Shown here in pieces: positions 37,995 to 48,149 of a stretch of DNA of 64,000 nt; the first letter of the stretch is position 1, and every line of letters begins with the position of its first letter. The notes under the pieces are model-generated. The model was not told the origin of the DNA, ran no database searches, and worked only from the letters and a program-made list of their open reading frames with translations. The DNA is from Pristiophorus japonicus (lineage: Eukaryota). Position numbers and translations under genes: made by a program. The DNA lies in contig NC_091994.1 in NCBI RefSeq assembly GCF_044704955.1, positions 27,714,001 through 27,778,000 on the forward strand, in the 5' to 3' direction.

Positions 37995-39962
37995 CAGAGG
38001 TCCCAGTGGAACTCTTGGTACGTTTCTCTTGCGCGCACTCTTTTTTAAGACGTCTACGGGTTTAACATGTCCTCCTTCTGTCAATGAGAGTCCTAATTTA
38101 GTGGCGTTTTCCTGCCAACTTGACAGAAGTGATGCATCTTTTCAAACTGCAGTGGAACTTTCTCATAATTTCTTTTTCACGGCAAATATTTTTTCAATTA
38201 AGCCAATATCTTTTTCACGGCAAATATCAGCTAGTATTTAATAAGTTATGTCCTTTTCCATCTCAGAACACTTTTTTTTCCTTTCAGCACCTATTTAGTA
38301 CGTTACGTTTTTTTTTAAAGATCTCCTTTCTTCAAATTAGGTTTTGTATTTGTTTTCTTTCAAGGTTGCGTCTTTTTTTTCCGTCTTTTCCATAACTAGA
38401 GGGAAGTCTGGCATGTAGGCTGAGAGGGCTGCTTTTCGTTATCTCAATTGTTCCAGTTTCAAGGTCGTTACCATGTCTCTTAGAAACTGCTAAAGCTTGC
38501 TGTTTTTAACATTTTTCAAAAGTCCCTTTTACACCTTCGCAGATAGCTCGCCACTCGCCCAGGAGTTTGACCTGATCCCTGAAGGTATTTCTAGATTGTT
38601 TCCAAACCTTTTAGTTTTATATCTCCTATTTTCTTTTAGAGATCAGATTTAATATAATTTTTTTTTTAATCCACCTCAGTATTTTGCTGTGCCTTCTCTG
38701 AATATCTCAAAATCCCAATCCAAACTTTGTAATTTCAATCTTTATTTAAAACTTTTTTTTTAAAAGGCATTCTTTATCTCATTCCGAGACTAAATTTATG
38801 TCTTTCAATCCAATGTAATCAATCATTGCATGTTTTCTTTCGACAAGTAAGTGAGCGTGTCAAATAAATTCTTTTTTTTTAACCACCGGGACCATGTATT
38901 TTTTTATCTTTTACTCAACAAACCTATCCTTTGTGCATTTCCTAGCTCTGTAACTTATCATCCGAATATATCCACACCTGCGTTCCTAACTTAAAATGTA
39001 ATTCAATAAGGTTCACACTTTTAAACTTCCCACAAACAGGACAACACTACGAAGGGTTAAAAAAACTTTCACTCTGTTTGAAAAAGTGGGTGGAGCTAAA
39101 ACAAACCACAACTCCCCGGTTTCCCAAACAGGCTTTCATTCTGCAGTCAAAATCACACAAGCACTTCTCATTTAAAACAGACGTTCACAAAAGTCTCTCT
39201 TCTTTCCAATTAATTGTTTTGGCCGGCTCTATTTTTGGATCCATGATCTTTCAGGGAATTCGTAGTTTTATCTAAATTACCCATCCTCGCGTTGCCCCGC
39301 GGAGGATCAGGGTCCTAATTAGTCCCGATTGTCCCCGCGTTGCCCCGCGGTGGAATAAGTAATCTTATCCAGAGCCTAGGTGGACCAAGTGATATACAAG
39401 ATCGACGCCGTACCTGGAATAAGTACAATTTTAAATTTACACAGTCCCGCGTCGCCCCGCGGCTTAATTTTACGTAATTCCCTAACCTCCGCGTCATCGT
39501 GCGGTTCGCGTCGCCGCGCGATTGTCTATCCCTCCGCATCGCCGTGCGGTTTTCCTGTTCGCATCGCCGCGCGATAAGCCTTACTTAATTTGTTCTAGGT
39601 TCCAGATTTCCCTATCCTAAGCCTTACTTAATTTGTTCTAGGTTCCAGATTTCCCTATCCTTCCGCGTCGCGATTTAAATCCAATCAGTGCCTAGACGGG
39701 CCAAGTGATATACAAGGTCGACGTCACACCTGACTTGGACACTTATTTCCTAAGTTTAGACGGTATTCGCCAGATTGACCTGGATCTCGTTCAGACACTA
39801 CCTGAGAACCAGCGAGTGGCCAAACTTTCCTCAGACTTTTGGAACTGAAGGAAACTGAAGTGGTATTTTAAAGGGTACTCACTCCAGTGGCCACTTTCCT
39901 CCCGTCTCGTCCAAGGCTAGTCTGGCTCTTAATTCGCAAGTTTTCGGCAGTCGTCTGTTGAG

Positions 39963-39980
39963 ATCCCACTTCTGACACCA
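39963..39980 (-). promoter_or_regulatory. Primer binding site complementary to tRNA-Leu
   Basis: Minus strand TGGTGTCAGAAGTGGGAT, 2 nt after the 5' LTR, complementary to the 3' end of vertebrate tRNA-Leu(CAA). Confidence 0.9.
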
Positions 39981-39982
39981 AA

Positions 39983-40519
39983 TGTTAATACGGATTCTTT
40001 TTCCCTCAATCTGTTTCAGCGAATACACTGACACACGAACACCAAAGCAGCTTATAACAAAGCAGTCTTTATTAATTGTTTCACCGGCCGGGACTTATCA
40101 GAACAAAGGAACGCTCTCCCTCAGAGTGCGCCCACTTCACTCGGACAAGCCCCATTACAATGTAGGGGCGCAACGGTTATACACTTTCAGTACGTAATAC
40201 AATTGAGGGACATTCAGTTCACCCTATCCTTTGTGATCCCTCCTTCCTTTTGTCCACTCATGAGCCGATACCTGGCTTTCCTTGCCCAATTAGATACGGC
40301 CAAGTGGTTATAGCAACAGTTTTGCACAAAGAACTTTCTCACCCATTGCCTGTAAATGTTACAATTTTACTGGCGTGACTAGTAACTAAGACCTTGAGCA
40401 AGTCTGTTATTTGTGCTGATGTTGTAACATTTGCAGTCTGACATTCTTTTAGTTATCCTTCCGTGATTCCTTTGTTCACTTCACTGTCTCTATTGCTTAT
40501 ACATTTTCACACATTCTCA
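39983..40519 (-). repeat. ERV 5' LTR
   Basis: Direct repeat of 31907-32443, adjacent to the PBS. Confidence 0.95.
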
Positions 40520-42150
40520 TTTTCACCAAGGAAGAAGGTGCTGCCAAAGACATAGTGAAAGAGGAGGTAGTGGAGTTACTGGATGGGATAAAAATTGTTA
40601 GAGGAAAGGTACTAGGAAGGCTGGCTGCACTTAAAGTAGATAAGTCATGAGGACTAGATGGGATGCTGAACAAAGTTCAGGTGGAAATCGCGGAAGTACT
40701 GGCCCATAATCTTCCAATCCTCCTTAGATACAGGAATAGTGCCAGAGGACTGGAGAATTGCAAATGTTATACCCTTGTTCAAAAAAGCGTGTAAGGATAA
40801 ACCCAGGCCAGTTAATTTAACCTCAGTAGTGGTGAAGCTTTTAGACATGATAATCGGGGACAAAATTAATCGTCATTTGGACAAGTGTGGATTAATTAAG
40901 GAAAGCTAGCATGGATTTGTTAAAGGCAAATCGTGTTTAACTAACTTGATTGAGTTTTTTGATGTAATAGAGAGAGGCTTGACAAGGGCAATGCAGTGGA
41001 TATGGTGTACATGGATTTCCAAAAGGTGTTTGATAAAGTGCCACATAATAAGCTTGCCAGAAAAGTTGAAGCCCATAGAATAAAGGGGACAGTGGCAGCA
41101 TGGATACAAAATTGGCTAAGTGACAGGAAACTGAATGGTGATGAACGGTTGTTTTTTGTACTAGAGTGGTGTTCCCCAGGGGTCAGTACTGGGAGCACTG
41201 CTTTTCTTGATATATATTAATGACTTTGACGTGGGTGTACAGGGCACAATTTCAAAATGTTCAGATGACCCAAAATTTGGAAGTATAGTGAACATGAGGA
41301 GGATAGTGATAGACTTCAAGAAGACATAGGCAGGCTGGTGAAATGGGCAGACATGAGACAGATGAAATTTAATGCAGAAAAATGCAAAGTGATATATTTT
41401 GGTAGGAAGAACAAGAAGAGGTAATATAAACTGAAGGATAGAATTCTAAAGGGGGTGCATGAACAGATAGACCTGCGGGTATATGTGCACAAATCATTGA
41501 AAGTAGCAGGGTAGGTTGAGAAAGTGGTTAAAAAGCATAGAGGATATTGGGCTTCATAAATAGAGGCATAGAGTACAAAAACAAGGAAGTTAAGATGAAC
41601 CTGTATAAAGCACTGGTTTGTCCTCAGCTGGAGTATTGTGTCCAATTCTGGACACTGCACTATAGGAAGGATGTGAAGGCCTTAGAGAGGGTGTAGAAAA
41701 CTTAGGAGAATGGTTCCAGGGATGAGGAACTTCAGTTACGTGGATAGATTAGAGAAGGTGTGGTTGTTCTCCTTGGAGCAAAGGAGATTTGATAGAGGTG
41801 TTCAGTATCTTGATGGATCTAGATAGAGAGAAACTGTTCCCATTGGAGGAAGGGTCGAGAACCAGAGGACACAGATTTAAGCTGATTGGCAAAAGCACCA
41901 AAGGTGACATGAGGGAAAACTTTTATTACGCAGCGAGTGGTTAGGATTTGGAATGCACTACCTGAAAGGGTGGTGGAGGCAGGCTCATGGCTTTCAAAAG
42001 GGAATTGGATAAGTACCTGAAGGGGGAAAAAAACGCTTGGCTACTGGAAATGGATGGGGAGTAGGACTCGCTGAAGCGCTGTTGCAGAGAGCCGGCACGG
42101 GCTCGACAGGCTGAATGGCTTTCTGTGCTGCAACCATTCTATGATTCAGA
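40520..42150 (+). mobile_element. CR1 LINE, 3' part (continuation of 30365-31906)
   Basis: RT fragments YMDFQKVFDKVPH, ctggagtattgtgtccaattctgg; 3' end ttctatgattc. Confidence 0.9.
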
Positions 42151-42774
42151 AGACTGGAATAGGTGTCATGGGCCAAATGCCCTCCCATGCTGCACAATTC
42201 CATCATTTTATCTCAAATACCTGCTATGCCCTACAGCTGTAGCATTTCTTCTTTAAGATTATTGAGAAACTGGATCAGTGATGTAGGGAGACTGAGTGGC
42301 ACAGAGTAACTGGCTACTCTCATTTGGGATTGTGGTTTAAATTCATTCTCTACGCGCTGACTGTAAGGGTCCTATGTTAAATGAATCTTGGTTTAGTAGG
42401 GGTGCCCTTAAACTGGATTTAATTCAGTTATTTTTCTTTTTCTTTACCGTATTGTCAGGACAAATGGAGAGAACTTTGTGCTACAGTTAGCTGTACAACA
42501 TGTGACCTGGAATTAATTGATTCTGGCATCGGGTGCCTGAAATGAATAAGTATTCAGTTTCTCTGCATCAGCATTCCCTCTTTTGAATACAGTCGTAGCA
42601 AAGATTTCCTTTTACATGTTATGGTACCAGTACACCTCAGGAAGCAGAAACTAGTTGTAGCAGCAAGCGGCCTTTGTAATATAACTTTTAAATAAATATC
42701 TCTCTTAAATCCTGCAGTATTACTGAATGTTTAAGGAGTACATTTGTAAAGGCATTCTTCTTTGATGTTTTCAG

Positions 42775-43890
42775 ATGGTGATGGCACGTGGAGGTAGTAG
42801 GTGTAACTGTCGTACAAGGATCTGGTGTAAGCCGAGAAGCTCCGATTGGTGGGAACGTGTGGTTATGAAGGAATTTCAGCCAAATGATTGGCTGGAAAAT
42901 TTCAGAATGTCTAAGGGAACATTTTTCCACATCTGTAATAAGCTGAAGCCCATGGTTTCTCGCCGAAATACTCACCTTCGTCCCGCACTGCCCCTGGAAA
43001 AGAGAGTCGCAGTGGCATTTTGGCGTCTTGCTACCAATGTAGAATATAGAACTATTAGTCATTTGTTTGGGATAGGCCGATCAACTGTGTGTAAATGTGT
43101 AAGAGAAGTATGTTATGCCATTGTGTCTCTCTTAAAGCCTCTGTATCTTAGGATGCCTTCTAATCAAGAATTTGAAATTATGGCTCAGACATTGGGTAGA
43201 CGGTGGGATTTTCCCCAATGCGTTGGTGCTATTGATAGTTGCCATATACCCATCATTGCCCCTCCACAATATCACAAAGATTACTTAAATAAAAAGGGAT
43301 GGCATTCAGTTGTGTTACAAGGTGTAGTTGACGACACTGGGAATTTCTGGGATGTCTGTACTGGATTTTCTGGGAGTTCTCTTGATACAAAAATTCTGAG
43401 GAATTCTGATCTATGGCGAACGGCGACCGAAGGAAGGTTGTTCCCTGACTGCTCGAAAAACATTATGGGAACACCAGTGAAATGCCTACTGATAGGCAGC
43501 TGCTCTTATCCATTACAGGAATGGCTCCTGAAGCCATACTCAGAAACAGGAAGACTATCACAGCATCAGCTTGTGTTTAACTACAGATTAAGCCAAGCTC
43601 ACACTGTGATAGATGATGCATTTGGACGACTCAAAGCACGTTGGCAGTGTCTTCTCAAGAGGAATGACTGTAGCCTTGAACTGATTCCAACAATGATCAC
43701 TGCCTGTTGCATTCTTCACAATGTCTGTGAAAAACATAATGATGGTTTTAATAACGAATGGCTGAGTGTTCTTGGGCAGGAGGAATTTCCTCAGCCGAAC
43801 CAAATAGTGACAGATAGAAAGGTTGACAGTCAAGCTGAAGAAATTCGTCAGGTATTGTCTGCTTACTTTATGGGTCTGGAGGAAAGCTAG
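42775..43890 (+). CDS. Exon 2 of Harbinger transposase-derived (ALP1-like, DDE_Tnp_4 fold) gene; about 425 aa with exon 1
   Basis: Uninterrupted 371-codon ORF: RSSDWW, NFRMSKGTF, HTH LFGIGRSTV, GAIDSCHIPI, YLNKKGWHSVVLQGVVD, AFGRLKARW, ACCILHNVC; ttttcAG acceptor immediately upstream; no TIRs seen. Confidence 0.93.
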   Translation: MVMARGGSRCNCRTRIWCKPRSSDWWERVVMKEFQPNDWLENFRMSKGTFFHICNKLKPMVSRRNTHLRPALPLEKRVAVAFWRLATNVEYRTISHLFGIGRSTVCKCVREVCYAIVSLLKPLYLRMPSNQEFEIMAQTLGRRWDFPQCVGAIDSCHIPIIAPPQYHKDYLNKKGWHSVVLQGVVDDTGNFWDVCTGFSGSSLDTKILRNSDLWRTATEGRLFPDCSKNIMGTPVKCLLIGSCSYPLQEWLLKPYSETGRLSQHQLVFNYRLSQAHTVIDDAFGRLKARWQCLLKRNDCSLELIPTMITACCILHNVCEKHNDGFNNEWLSVLGQEEFPQPNQIVTDRKVDSQAEEIRQVLSAYFMGLEES

Positions 43891-44021
43891 ATGTTATCCT
43901 TTAAGTTTTAGGTTGTAATAGTAGCATTTATGGAAACTGTAAATAATGTATGATAATTTTTCAATATGGTTTTCATCACTATGACTAGGAATGCCTCGAT
44001 ATTGTATACTGATGCTATTTC

Positions 44022-44027
44022 AATAAA
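44022..44027 (+). terminator. Candidate polyadenylation signal of the Harbinger-derived gene
   Basis: AATAAA 132 nt after the stop codon, followed by U/GU-rich sequence. Confidence 0.55.
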
Positions 44028-44699
44028 ACACACATTGTCTCCTTTCTTATTGTGATAGTGGTAAAGCTTATTGCAATTGTTACTATACAAATGGCATCTT
44101 GCAATAATTCGGTTAAACTTGCAGCTGCTGAAAGCTGAATAGCAGCTGGCGATTCATGCTTAATGTTTTTTGTTTGTATTCTCTGTTTAAGCTAAATTTG
44201 ATTTAACAGCTGTTGCAGTTGATTAGATGCAGCAGTGATTATTGGAAAAGGCCTTTTATCCAGAAACTTAAAGATTAGAAAATCAAAAGACAACAATAAT
44301 GAATTCTGATGAGGATAAAATGGAAAATAAAAATAAAATGAAGAAACAGAAATGCATAAATAAACTACCAAAGAAAAACACACAAAGCATGGGTAAACTT
44401 AAAATGTTAGAATAAAAACTTTAAAAGCCACCATTAAAGACAAGTAGGGCAAAGAAAAACACACTAGAAAGGTAAGACAGCAAAAGTAGCCTAAAGGACC
44501 AATGGATGAAACAAAGTTGACAGGAAATAATTTATTGATTTGTTAAGGATAGAGGTGATTTCCAACTACAACTAGTGATGGAAGGTAAAATGCAAATTAA
44601 CTATGCTTGTATACTCATTTGAGATCCAACACCGAAGAAGTAAATAAAAACTTGATGTGAGACAGTTCAGAAGAGTAACAGATGTTTCTTTGTGGAATT

Positions 44700-45540
44700 T
44701 GTTTTGGCTCCCTAAGCATTTCTTTTAAATGAAATGCGGAATAAGGTTAAAAAGCACAGAAAGGAGGATGAGATAAATTAAGATTGCAGGAGGACATTAA
44801 TGAACAGTTAAGTGACATGCAGTTCAGTATGGAATTATTGAAATATAATAGAGTAACAGAAAGACCTCGATACATAGATGTTTGAAGGTCTGCATGCAGG
44901 TCGAAAAGGCCATAAAATGCAAATGGCTTCTGGATTTTATGTAGGGGCATTGAATATAAAAGCCAAGAAAGTGATGTTGGCTTTGTGATTGGACCAGAGC
45001 TGGAATATTACATATAATTCTGGGCATCCCATTATAGAAAGGAGCAACGGAAAGGGTACAGCAAAGTTTCGAATGATAAAAATGAAATTTAATAGTTATG
45101 AAAATAGGCTCAAAAATTGGGGCTTTTCCCCTGGATTATAGATTGAGGAATTTTAAGAGGTTTTCAAAATTCTGAAAGGCTTTGAGAGGGTATGTAGTGA
45201 AAGATTGTTTCCATTGGTTGGTAAATCCACAATAAAAGGCATAGACGCAGGATTATCATTAGAAGAATGGGGATGGGGGGGGGGGGGGGGGGGCGGAGAT
45301 GCATGTATTCACTTGGAATTTTATTAGCGCATGGAACACTTTACCAAAGTAGCTGTTAAGGCAATAACAATATCACAATTTAAATGAAAATTGAATAAGA
45401 ACTTGAAAATGTAGAAGGATATGGGGAAAGAGCAGGGGAATAGGATTAGAGTACACTGGTTCATTTGCAGAGCTAACCCTGGCAGAGACACAAGAGGCTA
45501 AATAGCTTAATTTTGTGCTCTAATTTCTATGATTCTATAA
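44700..45540 (+). mobile_element. Highly decayed CR1 LINE
   Basis: Residual RT C-terminal motifs and tail ttctatgattctat. Confidence 0.65.
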
Positions 45541-46284
45541 ATAGTGGTTTAAGTAATACTATGCTTTGTGAGTGTTATTAACGTGTAGATTGTAGAAGAA
45601 AGGGAAGTGAGGTAGGTAACGAGTACTACAGTTTCGAAGTCCCGAGAAAGAATGAGTTAGACTTTTAAAAATTGTATTGAGTCTTGATTTCAATACTCAA
45701 GTGTGTACAGGGAGATGGAAAAGCATACAAGACAACATATATTCAGCTGAGATGCAATAAATGTCCATAGGGACAATGAGCATAGTAGCATCAATAAAAC
45801 AGACTAAAAAGTTTGCAATAGAGATGAGGATCACCTATCAGGATGGCAAACTTTGCAGGAGTGCAACAGAAAGGGTGCCAATTCTTCATGTGTAAACCTA
45901 GATGAGTTTTGGCAGGCTAACATTACAGCTGTCTGATTTCATCATGGCATCTAAGTGTCCTTTCTCATCGGGGTCACTGTACAAAAGCCATGCTGATCTT
46001 TCTCTCCCTAATCCAGGAAAACTGAAGCCAATAGTAGCACCCTCACTGTTGCATTTACACCTTCATGTGGCAATATTACTCAGCAGTACCCATTTCTATC
46101 TGCCCACATAATAACTGATGTGAGTGGTTCAGCATTAGCTGAAACAGACTGCTGAAACATGGTGGCCTATTTAGCTCAAATGCCTCTTGCAAGTTGTAAA
46201 TCTCTCACTGGGTGGTTTACTATAAATGTCCTAAAGTGTACTTTGTTTTTGTACAAATGTTAAGTCTCTAATAAATTGCTTTGG

Positions 46285-46603
46285 TCACCCTCAAAGCCTC
46301 CCTGATAAAAGTGCAACATCCCCGCTGACACCTGGGAGTCCCTAGCCAGGGACTGCCCTAAATGGAGGAAGTGCATCTGGGAGGGCGCTGAGCTCCTTGA
46401 GTCCCGTTGCCGAGAGCATGCAGAAATCAAGCGAGGACGGCGGAAAGAGTGTGCGGTAAACCAGTCCCACCCACCCCTTCCCTCAACGACTATCTGTGAC
46501 AGAGACTAGTTCTCGTTTTGAACTGTACAGTCATTTAAAAACTCATGTTAAGAGTGGAAGCAAGTCTTCCTCGATTCTGAGGGACTGCCTATAATGATGA
46601 TGA
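46285..46603 (+). mobile_element. RTE-clade LINE 3' fragment
   Basis: gagggactgcctataatgatgatga tail, homologous to the ends at 12752 and 62320. Confidence 0.85.
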
Positions 46604-46611
46604 TATAAATC

Positions 46612-47122
46612 TTGCTGTTTTGGTCTCCTTATTTAAAGAGGGATATACTTGCATTGGAGGCAGTTCAGAGAATGTTCACTAGGTTGATTCCTGAGATGAA
46701 GGGGTTGATTTATGAAGAAAGGTTGAGCCTATATTCATTGGAGTTTAGAAGAATGAGAGGTGATCTTATTGAAACATATAAGATACTGAGGGGGCTCGAC
46801 AATGTAGATGCAGAGAGGATGTTTCCCCTCGTGGGAGAATCTAGAACTAGGGGGAATAGTTTAAGGATAAGGGGTCGCCCATTTAGAACTGAGATGAAGA
46901 GGAATTTCTTCTCGGGGTCGTAAATCTGTGGAATTCTCTGCCCCAGAGAGCTGTGGAGGCTGGGTCATTGAATATAAGGTAGAGATAGACAGATTTTTGA
47001 GCAATAAAGGAGTGAAGGGTTATGGGGAGCGGGCAGGGAAGTGAACCTGAACCCAAGATCAGATCAGCCATGATATTAAATGGCAGAGCAGGCTCGAGGG
47101 GCGAAATGGCCTACTCCTGCTC
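46612..47122 (+). mobile_element. CR1 LINE 3' fragment
   Basis: SLEFRRMRGDLIETYKI; tail cctatttcttatgttcttatg. Confidence 0.9.
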
Positions 47123-47124
47123 CT

Positions 47125-47600
47125 ATTTCTTATGTTCTTATGTGTGAGGTTGCAGCCCCGCTGCCATTATTTGGAGGAGCTGCTCCTCAATTTCTGGCTG
47201 CACTTCAGTCCCACACTCCTGATCCTTGGGCACTCGGTGCGGAGGGGAGCGGGCAAGTCAGAGGGCCTCCTCGCGGGACTGCTCCTGGGCCTGGCCAAGG
47301 TGGCCATTGACAGGTCCAGGCAGCGGGCGGTCGAGGGGGCCATTCAGCCTGACTGCCTGTCTCTCTTGCGTGGCTACGTTTGCACCAGGGTATCCCTGGA
47401 GATGGAGCACGCGGTGTCCACGGGTACGCTGGAGGCCTTTCGCGAAAGATGGGCACCGCAGGGACTGGAGTGCATCATCACCCCCTGGCAACCAAATTTT
47501 AATTTGATTGGTAAGGCTTGCTGAAACATTTTTAGTTAGCTTGCAGTTTCTAGTTATGCCCCTTTTAACAAGGGGGCACTTGGTTTCATTGTATAATTCA
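47125..47600 (+). mobile_element. L1/Tx1-like LINE 3' fragment
   Basis: ORF LLLNFWLHFSPTLLILGH...LLLGLAKVAIDRSR...FRERWA resembles the Tx1 ORF2 C-terminus. Confidence 0.65.
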
Positions 47601-47766
47601 AAAGAGTTGTAAATGCCTTAGAATGTGGTTGAACCCTCCCACACATATGATGGGTTGGTCCAACCCCCCCCCCCCCCCCAGTAAAACTACATGGATTGGG
47701 CCAATGGGCCCCGGAGGATTCTGGGTGATCAGTGTCATGTGGCTCCCAGAACGCGGCGGGAAGGAA

Positions 47767-48040
47767 ATGTTTAACGGGATGGCGGTTGAGTCGATCGGGA
47801 GGACGCTGGCGGACGTGTCGAAGCCGCTGAAGGAGCGTTTCCGGGCGCTGTTTACCCTCCGCAACCTGGGCGGCTCGGCCGCCATCGACTGGATCTCCAG
47901 AGCGTTTGACGACGAGTCGGCGCTGCTGAAGCACGAACTGGCTTACTGCCTGGGGCAGATGCAGGACGAGCGCGCCATTCCCGTGCTGACCCAGGTGCTG
48001 CAGGACCGCGGCCAGGAGCCCATGGTCCGGCATGAAGCAG
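47767..48040 (+). CDS. DOHH: DOHH (deoxyhypusine hydroxylase) coding exon 1
   Basis: [14 protein letters not shown]...[14 protein letters not shown]...[15 protein letters not shown]...EPMVRHEAG; HE motifs 1-2; CAG|GTGAGG donor; start chosen by alignment to the vertebrate DOHH N-terminus. Confidence 0.95.
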
Positions 48041-48149
48041 GTGAGGCGCCAGGGCCCTGACCCTGGCAACACCGCCAGGCGGCAAATCTGCTCTTTGAAA
48101 TAGCAATCAACCACATTATAGATGGGCCGTTTTGGGCTTCCTTCCAACT

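Larger units (their letters stand above)
31907..40519 (-). mobile_element. Endogenous retrovirus (class I / gamma-epsilon-like), defective provirus
   Basis: Two 537-bp LTRs (TG...CA), PBS, PPT, integrase, env; 4-bp TSD tctt/tttt (1 mismatch) inside CR1. Confidence 0.95.

Noticed and set aside
39575-39660. CRISPR-like repeat
   Set aside because: Two adjacent copies with no spacer, in a eukaryotic ERV leader
42775-43890. Calling the ORF HARBI1
   Set aside because: It lacks HARBI1-type features (e.g. RFRCLDGSKGALQYSPE, LLGDS), and human HARBI1 neighbours ATG13 rather than FZR1/DOHH; no symbol assigned
47623-47766. 48-aa N-terminal extension of DOHH from the ORF track
   Set aside because: Low-complexity and not DOHH-like; the ATG at 47767 aligns with the vertebrate start
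47554-48147. 197-aa minus-strand ORF and other antisense ORFs over LINEs
   Set aside because: Shadow frames of the GC-rich DOHH exon or of RT sequence; no recognisable domain
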